The translations under genes and the position numbers were made by a program. A stretch of DNA of 63,155 bases, filler included, from Octopus bimaculoides (lineage: Eukaryota), in NCBI RefSeq assembly GCF_001194135.2. It is 6 parts of 5 records of this genome, joined end to end, with 100 filler letters (N's around TTAATTAATTAA, not from the genome) between each part and the next. Parts side by side here need not be neighbours in the genome. Positions count along the whole stretch, not along the records: positions 15,227 to 40,761 come from NC_069005.1; positions 40,862 to 48,320 come from NC_068982.1; 4 more parts are not named here. One strand, 5' to 3'. The notes under the pieces are model-generated. The model made no database searches. It was not told where the DNA came from and saw only the letters and a program-made list of their open reading frames with translations. Positions 34,096 through 47,714 of this stretch are shown here, piece by piece. Positions within the stretch are counted from its first letter, which is position 1; each line of letters opens with the position of its first letter.

Positions 34096-36095
34096 GCCAC
34101 GCATTCGCATATGTGACCAATTTGCAATGACATTAAGAAACAAGTATGAAGCCCTGCAAAATACTTCTGAAACTACCACTCCTGAGTATGAAAAGTTTGT
34201 CACTGCACACAAGCAAGCAGCAGACGAGTGCATCCCTCTGAAATCAGAAGTTAGACATAGAGTTCCCTGGGAAACTGCAGCTGCTTTCGAAAAGAGAGAA
34301 ACACTCAAAAAGATCCCTATATGAGAAAGAACGAACCCTACAAGCTCAACCCCAAAACAGTTCACCAAAGAACAGAAGGAATTGACCTCAGAATATCAAA
34401 AAGAGCAAGAGTTTTGTATACAAAAAACAAATCGACAACAATCATCATGGGAAATTGTAAATGAAGGGGAAGAAAGAGTTCCTCAAAATCCCAACCGAAG
34501 GCAGCAAGCGAAGTTGAATGACTTAAAGTATGGCGAGATCACTTTAAAAACCTAATTGGTAAATTACCTGAAATCACCAATTTTGAAATTACCTGAGATC
34601 ATTCACCATCAACTCAACATACAACTCGGATGGTTTTCTATCGGTGAGCTTAGAAGCAGTCATAAAATCATTGAAGAACAAAAAGGCAACTGGTTTGGGC
34701 GAAATCTCATCTGAAATTTGGAAAACAAAGAAATTTAATGACATTCTTCTTCGACTCTGTAATGCTGCGTAACATCAAAACCGTTTAGAAAAATGGAGTA
34801 AAAGAATCATTCTCCCGTTTTCCGAAGAGGGAAGATCTTTGTGTCACCAAAATCTACAAGGGAATCAATCTCACTACCATATCTGCCAAAGATTACAATG
34901 CCATGCTACTCAATCGTATCTGACTGGAGATCGGGAAAAAATCTTAAGGTAAAACTAGAATGGCTTTCGAAGAAAATGGTCAACATTAGCTCAGATTTTT
35001 AGTCCGAAGAGTTATTGAAGGAATTCATGCGAGGAACCTGAAGATAGTACCCCTATTTGTTAACTTTCCGGGTTAACTTTCGATACACAGCAGAAAAATG
35101 GAAGAAATATTTCTTGCATAGAGTATCCCAGAAGAAACTGTCAATTCCATCATAATGTTGCATAGACATACTCAGTCTATAATTCGTTCCCCAGAGTTCT
35201 TTGACATAGTGGTTGGTGTCCTCCAGGGTGACACCTTGGCGCCCTACCTGTTCATTACATGTATAGATGATGTTCAATGCATCTCTGTAGATGAGATGAA
35301 GGACAAAGGATTCACTCTTCAACCAGCCAAAAGCAGACGCTTTCCAACTGTGACCATCACAAATGCTGACTATGTTGATGACTTGGCGTTACTAACAGAT
35401 GAAATTCGTGATGCAGAGTCTCTCTTGCACAGCCTTGAAAGTGCTGCTAAAGATGTTCTCTACATCAACTCGGACAAGACAGAATATAAAATGTAAAACC
35501 AGAGAGGCAACTCCATATCTCGAAAATCCTTGGAAAATGTTTACGAATTCACAAAGGACTGTCTGTCCACAAGTTATGTTCATGTCCGAATCGGCAAAGC
35601 CTGGGCAGCTCTAAATAAACTATCAACGGTCTGGAAATCTAAATTTCCATTAAATTTGAAACGTAATTTCTTTCGGGCGGTTGTGCAGTCAATTCTGTTT
35701 TATGGATGTACAGCATACTCTAACAAAGGCTCTTGAAAAGAAAATTGACGGAATTTATACAAGAATGCTTTGAGCTGCTCTGTACATCTGCTGGAGACAG
35801 CATCCTACGAAAGAACTTCTCTATGGTAATTTACCACGAATGTCATACGTCATCAGGGAAAGAGGAACAAGCTTCGCTGGACTATTATTGCTGGGAAGCA
35901 ATGGATGAGATCATCAGCGTTCTTCTTTGAGAAGCGAAGCAAATGTTGGTAGACCTCTCCGAACCTACCGACATAAATCAACTGTGCGAGGACTCCGAGT
36001 GCACCCGAGAAGACCTGCCACGTGCAATGCCGGACCGAACAGAGTGGAAAGAACGAGTCATTAAGATTCGTGCAATAAGCACGACCGGATAATGA
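34096..36095 (+). mobile_element. RTE-like LINE (second lineage), decayed
   Basis: GVLQGDTLAPYLFI, ADYVDDLALL, RIGKAWAALNKL..VWKS, SILFYGC, KKIDGIYTRML; frameshifts; 5' end lies in a gap. Confidence 0.88.
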
Positions 36096-36105
36096 ATAAT
36101 GGTGA

Positions 36106-36161
<56 letters not shown>

Positions 36162-36243
36162 NNNNNNNNNNNNNNNNNNNNNNNNNNNNNNNNNNNNNNN
36201 NNNNNNNNNNNNNNNNNNNNNNNNNNNNNNNNNNNNNNNNNNN

Positions 36244-36309
<66 letters not shown>

Positions 36310-37670
36310 ACTTTTTCATTACCGGTTCATTTCCTTTTTCTATCATCATTGTATCTGTTGTATTTGTACCTCACCTGTAAATGTGTGTGTGTGTGTGTAG
36401 TTCTGTATGCATATATTTATGGAGAAATGCCAGTACATCTATATGTGCTTGCATGTGTATGTATGTACGGATGTTGCAATTTATGCATATGTGTATATGC
36501 ATATGTGCGTATTTGAAGATATATTTGTAAAAATATTATATGTGTCTATATTTATTGTGCATATATATTTATATCTATATGAGTGTGTGTGTGTATTTAA
36601 TTATATTCTTTTATATATATATACGTATGTATGTATATGTACGTACGTACGTATATATATATATATATATATATATATNNNNNNNNNNNNNNNNNNNNNN
36701 NNNNNNNNNNNNNNNNNNNNNNNNNNNNNNNNNNNNNNNNNNNNNNNNNNNNNNNNNNNNNNNNNNNNNNNNNNNNNNNNNNNNNNNNNNNNNNNNNNNN
36801 NNNNNNNNNNNNNNNNNNNNNNNNNNNNNNNNNNNNNNNNNNNNNNNNNNNNNNNNNNNNNNNNNNNNNNNNNNNNNNNNNNNNNNNNNNNNNNNNNNNN
36901 NNNNNNNNNNNNNNNNNNNNNNNNNNNNNNNNNNNNNNNNNNNNNNNNNNNNNNNNNNNNNNNNNNNNNNNNNNNNNNNNNNNNNNNNNNNNNNNNNNNN
37001 NNNNNNNNNNNNNNNNNNNNNNNNNNNNNNNNNNNNNNNNNNNNNNNNNNNNNNNNNNNNNNNNNNNNNNNNNNNNNNNNNNNNNNNNNNNNNNNNNNNN
37101 NNNNNNNNNNNNNNNNNNNNNNNNNNNNNNNNNNNNNNNNNNNNNNNNNNNNNNNNNNNNNNNNNNNNNNNNNNNNNNNNNNNNNNNNNNNNNNNNNNNN
37201 NNNNNNNNNNNNNNNNNNNNNNNNNNNNNNNNNNNNNNNNNNNNNNNNNNNNNNNNNNNNNNNNNNNNNNNNNNNNNNNNNNNNNNNNNNNNNNNNNNNN
37301 NNNNNNNNNNNNNNNNNNNNNNNNNNNNNNNNNNNNNNNNNNNNNNNNNNNNNNNNNNNNNNNNNNNNNNNNNNNNNNNNNNNNNNNNNNNNNNNNNNNN
37401 NNNNNNNNNNNNNNNNNNNNNNNNNNNNNNNNNNNNNNNNNNNNNNNNNNNNNNNNNNNNNNNNNNNNNNNNNNNNNNNNNNNNNNNNNNNNNNNNNNNN
37501 NNNNNNNNNNNNNNNNNNNNNNNNNNNNNNNNNNNNNNNNNNNNNNNNNNNNNNNNNNNNNNNNNNNNNNNNNNNNNNNNNNNNNNNNNNNNNNNNNNNN
37601 NNNNNNNNNNNNNNNNNNNNNNNNNNNNNNNNNNNNNNNNNNNNNNNNNNNNNNNNAGAGAGAGAGAGAG

Positions 37671-38220
37671 ACGACGGGCTTCTTTCAGTTTCCGTCTACC
37701 AAAATCCACTCACAAGGCTTTGGTCGGCACGAGGCTATAGTAAAAGACACTTGCCCAAGATGCCACGCAGTGGGACTGAACCCGGAACCATGTGGTTGGT
37801 AAGCAAGCTATTTACCACACAGCCACTCCTGCGCCTACATATATACATATACATACATTCATACATGCATGTAGGCTCAGGTGTGGCTTTGTGGTAAGAA
37901 GCTTGCTTCCCGACCATATGGTTCTGAGTTCAGTCCCACTGCGTGAATCCTTGTCTTCTATTATAGCCTCGGATCGGTCGAAACCTTGTGAGTAGATTTG
38001 GTAGACGGAAACTAAAAGAAGCCCGTCGTATGTGTGTGTGTGTATGTATGTCTTTGTGTCTCTATGTGTCCCCCACTACCGCTTGATTGCCGGTGTTGGT
38101 TTGTTTACGTCCCAGTAACATCGCGGTTCGGAAAAAGCAACTCCAACTGTCGATTTGTTTCACTAAAACCCTTCGAGGCGATGCCCCAGCATGGCCGCAG
38201 ACAAAAGACAAGTAAACGAT
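37671..38220. mobile_element. Head-to-head inverted pair of SINE family B
   Basis: Minus copy 37671-37840, ~30-bp spacer, plus copy 37869-38220. Confidence 0.9.
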
Positions 38221-38379
38221 AAAAGATAGAAATATGCATGCATAAATATGTTCATAGGAGGGTGGGCTGAAAAGTTCAGAAGCTGACTATGAAGGAGTGA
38301 TTCTAGAGCTGTGAAACCTTGCATGCATTCAATCTTCATTCTGCTTATTAATAAGTGCATTGTTTCTTTCCAGATAAAC

Positions 38380-39115
38380 CCTCATCTGATTGTTCAAAGA
38401 AGACTTCAAAAATAACTAGTAGCGACTTTTCTTTGAAACGGACAGAAAAAAGGGTTTAGCCCACAAGGACATTTATGCTGACATGGTTGCTACATTAGGG
38501 GATAATGCTTCTGTTAGGAAGTTAGGAGGGAAACGGGGAGTTATGAAGATGACCCGAGGTTTGGACGTCCTGCAACTGCTACTACTGAAGAAAATATTGA
38601 TCGTGTTCACCACATGATGATGGATGACAGGCGAGTGACTATAAATCAAATATCCAATGCTAATAGCATATCTTGTTAAACAGTTGAGAATATTCTATAC
38701 TATAAATTTGACGAAGGTTTCTGTGTGATGGGTGCCACGTCTTCTGACACCTGATCAAAAGTGCACCAAGTTGATTATATCATGGGGAAATCTGACATCG
38801 TTTGAGGCAGATCCAGCTGGTTTCCTTGAACGTTTCCTAACCCAGAGACAAAGAGATAATCCATGCAGTGGAAACATCTACATCTCTCCTCACCTGCCTC
38901 AGAGAAGGCCAAGGTCGATTCCTTTGCAGTGAAGGTGATTGCCTCAATATTTTGGGATGCAAAAGGCATCATCAATGCAGAGTACTATACCAACTTTGCT
39001 GAGGCCGTTACGAAAGACGATCAAGACCAAACGCCCAGGGGTTTTGTTCTATCAAGACAATGCTCCAGCACACACGTTGTTGGTTTCAGTGGCTGCTGTG
39101 TGTGACTCTGGCTTT
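38380..39115 (+). mobile_element. Mariner transposase remnant
   Basis: EDDPRFGRPATATTEENIDRVH, WVPRLLTPDQK, KVIASIFWDAKGII, FYQDNAPAH. Confidence 0.85.
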
Positions 39116-39120
39116 GATAA

Positions 39121-39121
39121 A

Positions 39122-39189
<68 letters not shown>

Positions 39190-39190
39190 A

Positions 39191-39252
<62 letters not shown>
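39121..39252. repeat. (AGAT)n microsatellite
   Basis: Direct. Confidence 0.97.
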
Positions 39253-39929
39253 CTGTGTAAATATATATCTGTGAGTATATGCTTCTATATATCTGTGTAG
39301 ATGTATATGTGTATAGGCACATATATATATATATATACACTCACACACACACACACACACGCACATTTGTGCATTTATGCATGAATGCATATATAGGCAC
39401 GTATATGAGAATACATAAATATTTAATGAATGTATGTGTATTGAGATGTGTCTCTGTGTGTGTGCGTGTGTGTACGTGTATGTGTGTGCATGTATGTCTT
39501 TCTGTCGTTTACCTGTGTATATAGGTATGAGTGTATGTACGTAAGTATATATGATCTACGTTTGAGCGTGAGTGTGTGTGTGAGTGAAAATGTGTGTATA
39601 TGTATATGTTTCGTGTCACACTTTATCGTATGTGATAATGCAGTGTTATAATCACTTATGATATTAATTCAAATTGATCACCTTTCTCTTATTTAATTAC
39701 TGATAATAAATACTTCAGCGTTACAAAGACATTAGTCTTCAATTCGATAGCGTCATACTCCTGCTAGCTGTCGCCGTCATCGTCATTTTTGTCGACGTGG
39801 CTGTTAGTGGTGGTGGTGGTGGTGGTGGTGGTGGTGGTGGTGGTTGTGGTGGCCCTGGTATGGAACCGAAGGTAGCTTAAAGTGAAGGTAGCTTAAAGTA
39901 GTGGTGATAGTGGCGGTAGCAATAATAGT

Positions 39930-40680
39930 ATCGTTTTTCAGGCCGGTAAAAATGCTTAGCAGCTATTCGTCCGTCTCTGGGTTCTAATTACAAATTCGGC
40001 CGAGATCGATTTTGCCTTTCCCGGGGTCAATAAAATAAGAACCAGTGGAGTCCCCCTCTCCCGAAAATGCTGGATTTGTGCCATAATTTGAAACTCATAT
40101 TGTTATTGTTAAGGCGGTGAGCTGGCAGAATCGTTAGCGCGTCGAACAAAATGCTAAGCGGCATTTCGTTTGCTTTTCATCCTTCCGGGGTCGATAAAAT
40201 AAGTAAAGTTAAACACTGGGGTCTACACAATCGACTTGCCCTCTCCCTCAAATTTTCAGGACTTGTGCGCTTAGCAGAAATGATTATTAATATTATTGTT
40301 ATTGTTGTTCGTACTGTTGTAGTTACAATGGTTATTGATTTTGTTATTCTTGTCATTACTCTCCTTGTTATTGTTATTGTTGTAAGGGTGCGCGGCTTAG
40401 TGGTTAGGTGGTGGGGTTGCACGCGCGATCGCGAGATCATGATTTCAATAACTGAACCGGTCGGTGTGCTGTGTTCTCAAGGAAAACACTTCATCTCACG
40501 TTACACTACGATCGCTTCGACACTTGATGTATAGCGCACTCGTACATCTGTTGAGACAACGTCAATTTGGCGGAAAGTGTGGGCTAATATGCGGCACATA
40601 TATTAGATCACTAGCTGTGCAGGTCGTTCAAGCAAAATCTTGATACTCATGCGTCTACTAGATGCGAGATTCCATGCTCT
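39930..40680 (+). mobile_element. SINE cluster: two family A copies and a tRNA/CORE-like SINE (family D)
   Basis: Family A at ~39935-40095 and 40112-40285; GGTGCGCGGCTTAGTGGTTAGG...GTGTTCTCAAGGAAAACACTTCATCTCACG at 40387-40680. Confidence 0.75.
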
Positions 40681-40707
40681 GTGGGTATGTGAAAGAGAGA
40701 GAGAGAG

Positions 40708-40761
<54 letters not shown>

Positions 40762-40875
40762 NNNNNNNNNNNNNNNNNNNNNNNNNNNNNNNNNNNNNNN
40801 NNNNNTTAATTAATTAANNNNNNNNNNNNNNNNNNNNNNNNNNNNNNNNNNNNNNNNNNNNGCCACCTACACTTT

Positions 40876-40931
<56 letters not shown>

Positions 40932-41038
40932 ATATATATATATATATGGGAGAATATACAAATAATAACAACAGACGAGGACAGGTGGTGTAAATAACAA
41001 AAGTATATATTAGTATGACGCTCGGGAATACGGAAAGT

Positions 41039-41073
41039 CTTTGACGTTTCGAGCTACGCTCTTCAACAGAAAG
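41039..41073 (-). ncRNA. Hammerhead-like motif in a short solo element (family H)
   Basis: Minus strand CTTT-CTGTTGA-A-GAGC-GTA-GCTC-GAAAC-GTC-AAAG: stems I and II and the GUC triplet intact, A6 changed to U. Confidence 0.65.
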
Positions 41074-41277
41074 AATACGGAGACAAGGAGAAAAACACGG
41101 AGAAAAAAAATTGAATAGTGTTCAGTCAACGGTCAATCATAATAATCTATATATATATATATATATATATATGCGTGCGCGCACACAAAAGGAACATTAC
41201 CAATGAAAAAGCATAAACATATGTAGGAAATGAATTCAGGTGTCTGACGGGGAGAAGCTTCCTTGGGAAGCTTCTTC

Positions 41278-41312
<35 letters not shown>

Positions 41313-42465
41313 AAAGTCTCTCCGCCTCTAGGGGATGTGTCACAATTACCAAATGCCAATAGATGACGCGTATTGAGTTCGCTTCCTAGCCATTTGGTTT
41401 CGAATTCACTCCCACTACACTCGCACCTTAGGCAAGTATCTTCCACTACTTCATGCCTTCGACGCCGTATGAAATAAATGATTCCTTTCTTGAAAAAAAA
41501 ACAGGTAAGAGTCAGCGTCAGGAAGAGCATCCAGCTTTAAAACAATACCTCAAATAACATGTTCGCCCAACCCATGCGCGTATAGAAAAACGGACATAAA
41601 CATATAAATATGTGCGTATGAGAGTCGGTGTTTAAATGACCCTGGGTTTGTGAGATAATTATTAAGCGAGAATATACTGATGAAAAATAACGACATAATT
41701 AAATTCTAGGAATTAACTGCTAGAGTTTAGTCGAAAAAGAGTGTTAGGGAACAAAAGACCGAAAATGTTAGCTTTAAATTATGTCCTTATACGGTAGCGA
41801 TAAAAGGAGAGTACATTAATAAGCTATCAAAGCAGCCTTAGAGCCAGAAGGCGTGTGAATATTAGATAGTTAATTTGTGATCAGGATGCTATTATCGGTG
41901 AAAGTTATTTGAATGTCAGTCGTAACGAGTCAGAATATAGAGAAATGAAGTTTGTTGTTATAGAATGGAATATATACGTTGTGCTAAGGCTGTAGGCTTA
42001 ATTTTAATGATAAATAAATGAAAGGCATAAACATAATAGCATTAAATTAAATTGGAGGTGAGATTGACGCAATTCGCTTTAATATTGCACATGAAAAAAA
42101 AAGGGATACGCAAGTTACACGCCCACGTAAACAGTTGTAAACGTATCACACATACATGTATATTCATTTATGTGTGCATGTGCGTGCGTGCGATGGTGTG
42201 TGGGTGTGTGTGTAGGTATGGGTGTGTGCGCGCGCGCGCGCGTATGTGTGTGTTCGTTATAATAGAAACAGTATTAGATTAAACTTTCTGTACACAGAGA
42301 TGACACCGGAAAAAGAGATGACACCGGAAAAAACAAATGTTATGTAATGAACTTCTTTAGCTTACAGCTGTTTCTGCTTGAGGATGTGGTAGTGCCTTAG
42401 TTGATTAACAACCAGGTTATTAGTCACGCCATGCCTAAGCGAAATATACATATACATACATACAT

Positions 42466-42552
<87 letters not shown>

Positions 42553-42555
<3 letters not shown>

Positions 42556-44410
42556 ACCTCAAATTGTGATCTAACACCAATGAAGTTATCACATAGTCTA
42601 AAAGCCTGGGGAACAAAATAAGACCAAGTTAGTGTAGCTAAACATATCGAACTACTACCAGTCCAGAAACCCAGTTCTACTAAACAAGGCACTAATATTC
42701 GCTAAGTCCAAGTCCAACATCACTAGGGAAGAAGTAGATATAATTTTAGCTGCTAAGAGCACTATAATAGAATACGGAGGTAAGCTATGGACTCGATCAG
42801 ACAGGGTCGACTCATTCGACATAACAATGGGGTCTAGCGACTCCGCATAAGTCACGGATTTAGTAGGCATATACCTATTATCGCAAGTAGAATCTTGGCT
42901 GCCGAACATGGAGTGGGGGAGGATTATATGGGAACGACGCATTGTTCACTATATAAAAAGTAGCAAAGTAGAAATAGAAAGATACAAGAAAAAACTCTTT
43001 AAATTCTTTAAGAACTTTGGATTGGAAATTGAAATAGAAAAATATCACAAGGTGGTAAAATTCCTAGAGGTAAAGCTCAGCCTCATTGATGGTAAAGCCA
43101 AAGGTTGAACTTAAAATATGTGAACCGAGGATCAAATCATCCAGAACATATACTACGTTGCATCCAAAAAATGTGGGTAATAGAAAATCCAGACTATCCA
43201 CAAATGAATGAATATTCGATATGCACGCTGAATATTACAACTCAGCACTGGTTAGAACGGGATAAAAGGATAAAGTAATATATGTACAGAATAAGACAGA
43301 CAAGGCACGATACTCAGAGGGCATTATTAATAGTGGGGATAATCATATATATAACCGCAGAGTACAAGAACCTAGAAAAATAGTAAATATAATAGGGACC
43401 AAAAGGGAAAAGAAAAAACTATAGCACCAAGAGTGATATAAAACAGAATTCATGAAACCACAATCAAATATAGAAAGACGCCAACCGTTAAACGCCGATG
43501 GTAATAATAACAAAGCAGTAGAATACACTAACAAAACCAATAGATATATTAAAAGAAATGGGAAAATAGCCAATGAAATTATTTGGGTTAACTCGATCTT
43601 CAATTCACAAGTGAAATCCAAAATAGGCCAGGAATAGGAATTCTTCGCAGCATTAGATAAACACTTCCCAAGATCTTCTAAATATCAGAAAATCATCAAC
43701 AGACATAATGTAAAATTGGCAAACGCGACCTCCAACAATCTAGAGTATCACATACACAAACTAAATAACACAAAACTAAATAGGATAAAACTAGATGGGA
43801 AATACGAAGCAACCGCAGCTAATAGCACTGAATACGACGATAAAATGGTGGAAAATAGGGGTAACAAAAACGGACCTAAACAACAGCACACAATTTCCAT
43901 GCATCAGGAAAATGATTGCACAGTTACAGGAGGACCACCAATATTAACTCTACGGAAAGAAAGGAAAAAATAAATATCATGTGCAACTGCAGATGTAAAG
44001 AGGAATGAAGATTTAACAACAACGGCATGATAAGGAATGTAGTATACAAATGTAGGTTAATACAGCTACGCAGAAATACGTGTACATTGGTAGCACCAGG
44101 GACACCATGAAAAATCGTCTGCGAAATCATCTCTCATCATTTTCTAATATAAATAAAAGACACTCCACATCTCTATTGAACCTCGTCTGGAAACTCAAGC
44201 CGAATGGAGTGGAGCATACGACCCACTGGTCCATTATCAAAAATGTTGCACCATATGATGGAACATCACGAGTATGCAACCTATGCTCGGTAGAAACACT
44301 AGAAATAATCACATCCAGGGAAAACATGATAAATAGGCACTCTGAGGTCATCATATCATGTCAACAGAAAGACAAAACAACATTTCTGGAGTTTGAAAAA
44401 ATATTTTGAA
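42553..44410 (+). mobile_element. Penelope-like element, probable Hydra clade (RT plus C-terminal GIY-YIG), decayed
   Basis: LLNKALIFAKS, FDITMGS.DSA.VTDLVGIYLL, KFLEV, LKYVNRGSNHP, CNCRCKEE, NVVYK/YIGSTRDTMKNRLRNH, CNLCSVE...NRHSEVIISC. Confidence 0.8.
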
Positions 44411-45025
44411 ACGAAATAACACATAATAATAGAACAGCGAATGAACCTAAACAGTATTTGGAACCGACCAATATTTGGAACCAACCAATATTTGAGATGC
44501 TATACACTATACCAACAGAAACAATGAAAGATCAAAGATCACCATTTGAAGGTAGGTAGCATTTATCAATTCTGTCAACAAACCCAACTGATACCAGCAG
44601 TACCAGATGACTTGTTGAGTTGATAATTTATTGAAGATAGTTATGCCTTAAATGAAATCAAACAAAAGAATGTACTACTCATTCTTAACATCCACTGAAT
44701 GAATAGCAAAACAAATCTAACACCACTACACACATTTCCATCCCCATATAAAAACCATTCTTTCTTCTATTTCCATCACCTCCCCTCCTCCCCACCAAAT
44801 ACCCATAGAACACGCTTGATCTTCATACTGGCAAAAAGGGATAAGAATCGTTTGAAGAAATAAATCAATGATGATGATCAACCGGATGCCCCTGGATACT
44901 ACGGACTACACTATAATCATTCCAGGAATACGGACTGTGATCTTAAGAGTCATGCGATTTCTGGAAACGCGCATAGCGATGCATTAAATGTTTATAAATT
45001 CCATCCAAGGATTATTGTTATTATA

Positions 45026-45725
45026 CAGGGTGGCCATAAAGTCACGCACCATCCTGGAATATGTGAAATAGCTAACGTTTTTTTTTAAATATCTTTTCAC
45101 AATTGCCGATATTACTCACAAACTAATCCTCATTGGATAGAGGAAGATAATCAACAAGGCAGAGGCAAGGTATTGGTGTGGTGTGGGATTTGGTACAATA
45201 AAGTAATTGAACCATTTTATTTTGAGGGCTCTGTGACAGGTGATTCGTATCTGGACATGCTTGGCAACAAGATGATGCCTCACATGCATTCACTTGGAAG
45301 AGGAAACCCTGTCTGGATTCAGCAGGATGGAACTCCGTCCCATTATGCATTACAGGTTTGTGGTTTTCTGAATGAACATTTTCCACGGAGATGGCTCGGG
45401 TGTCGCGAGCCAATTAAATGGGTACCACAGTCACCAGATTTAACTCCCATGAACTTTTTCTTCTGTGGCTACACTACACCCCTTGTTTATTCTGAAAAGA
45501 TTCATGACCAACAACATCTTCAAAGAATTGTTAAAGCGTGTGAACAAGTCAACGGCAATGAAGAGCTATTTGAGAGGGTTCATCGCAATTTCAAATTCAG
45601 TAGGGTCACTTGTTTAGAGCTACATGGCCAACACTTTGAACATTTGTAATGGATTACCTACTTACTACATTGTTAATAAAGCATACTTGATATCTCTCAT
45701 GGTGAGTGACTTTGTGGCCACCCTG
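45026..45725 (+). mobile_element. Tc1/mariner rosa-like (DD41D-type) element, internally deleted, both TIRs
   Basis: TIRs CAGGGTGGCCATAAAGTCACGCACC / GGTGAGTGACTTTGTGGCCACCCTG with TA flanks; QQDG...SPDLTPMN has 41 residues between the second D and the third catalytic position (here N). Confidence 0.85.
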
Positions 45726-45744
45726 TATATATATACATATACAA

Positions 45745-45895
45745 CAGGCTTCTTTCAGTTTCCGTCTACCAAATCCACTCACAAAGCCTTGGTCGTCCTG
45801 AGGCTATAGTAGAAGACACTTGCCCAAAGTGCCAGGCAGTGATACTCAACCTGGACCATGTAGTCGGGAAGCAGGCTTCTTAGTATACAACCAAT
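45745..45895 (-). mobile_element. SINE family B head
   Basis: GGCTTCTTTCAGTTTCCGTCTACCAAATCCACTCACAA. Confidence 0.85.
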
Positions 45896-47569
45896 AGAAA
45901 AAAGGAATGAAAAAGCGAACAGAAATGAAGAGCGTTGTTAGCGACACGAAAGAAAAGTTAAATATATGTTAAATATCAAGTGAGGAAACTAGATTTATTG
46001 AGTATCATGAAATAATAGAAGGCGCGGATATAAAGAAAGCATATATATATGAGAATCTGGTGGCGCTCTAAACCATGTTTGTACCCATTGACGTTCCATA
46101 GCGAAAATCTATTTTCCTCACTAAATCTTTTTCCTCAACATATCAAATATTCAAATCGTTTTGAATCTTAGTACATACATAGTTTACACTTCACGTGTGT
46201 TATTTGACTTGATTTTGTGTCGAGTATATATATAACCAAATATCTTTTCCTTATATTATGCTCAAAGTGGCAACAATTCGTGAATAAAATGCAAATAAGT
46301 TATTTTAAATTAAACTATACAAACCAGACTTGTCGTCACTTACCTCAGTACTTTGCAATAAAAATATTATATTTTGAGATTTAATTTAATCAGGAATAAT
46401 GAAACGGTCTGTCAGGGAAGAGCGGAGAATGTGTTAGGGTTGAAGACAGTATTAAATTCGAACGTGCTGGTATAATTACGAAGATATTAGTGCGAGAGGT
46501 AAATTGTTTGACAGCTTGTAGCATAATAACGTATACAGAGAGGCGCCAACTACGAGATGGAGGCTCACATTTTTATTCCTGGCCAAATGTACTTTTTATA
46601 CATTCTACAAACCTACACTTTGTCAGGAAGAGCTTAAAGAATATCTAGTTAACAATAGCTATACTATGAAACTTCTAGAACAAAGTAGCTTATGATATCA
46701 ACACAATAAATAACACCGCCTCTCGTAACACATACAACCGGAACAACAAACTACAAAGGCTACATAAATAGCCATTACAAAACTGATGAAAGTTGGGGGA
46801 GGAAACCCGGACAAAATGTACATTATTGTATCAATTCTGGTCATAAAATAGATTGGAGCTACAGCAACTAATATTCTTCCCCACTCACTGGCTTTTGTCT
46901 AACAAAAGCATATGTGTACAGAATTAGAATTATAACGAACAAAGAATATGTTGAAGGGTAGCCGTAAGCAACAGAACAGAATTTAATAAACAAAAAGAAA
47001 ATATCTCAGTATATTTCAGTCCAGAGAAGAGAACCGAATCTACTACAAACACTTCATGATAACAAAATGAAGACGCCCCCCTTTTGTCAGGCCGGGAAGT
47101 TTAACATATTCTTGCACTTAGCTTCTGTTTATGTAGATACATTGATTTCTACACATATATACACTAACATACAACAATGGTTTAACAGGGAACACTCTAT
47201 ATAGTCACACAATCTGCTAAAATAGTAGTCAAAACATTTTGAAATTACACCCTTTCGTGTTAAAGAAGGAAGAACAAAGAAAAATGTAGTCCTAGATATA
47301 AAAATATCTAGTCACGAATGAAACATCTCTGATCTTATGACTGCTCAAAGAGGACTAACCTATGGCTCAATAACTGGTAATTATTTAGCTATCACGAAAG
47401 GATGATAGGAAAACTCACCTCGGCGGAATTTGAATTTAACAAAAAGAGCCGGAAGAAACGCTTCTAAGAACTTTTCCAAAGCGCTAACGATTCTGTTATA
47501 TATATGTCTCGCTTGGAAACAAGAGAATGAAACAGCACTCAATATCTATCGGAAAATTTATTCCTCTAC

Positions 47570-47710
47570 GCTCGTTATGCGTTATATCCGGTTCTTTCGA
47601 TTATTCTCTGAGCATTCGTCAACCTTCCGAGTTCTTGTACAGGGATTAGAAAAACTGAAGGACTGCTGCAATAAGTATGTGAATCTAAGGGAAATATATT
47701 GGATAAAATC
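47570..47710 (+). pseudogene. Mariner C-terminal fragment
   Basis: VQGLEKLKDCCNKYVNLR resembles the mariner GIEKL..RW.KCV..G.Y tail. Confidence 0.5.
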
Positions 47711-47714
47711 GTGA

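Noticed and set aside
42296-44494. Tiny tandem duplications (18 bp at 42296-42331, 17 bp at 44455-44494)
   Set aside because: Ordinary slippage products with no further structure.
46783-46825. CTGATGA-containing hammerhead candidate
   Set aside because: No consistent stem II-GAAA-stem III/triplet arrangement or stem I.
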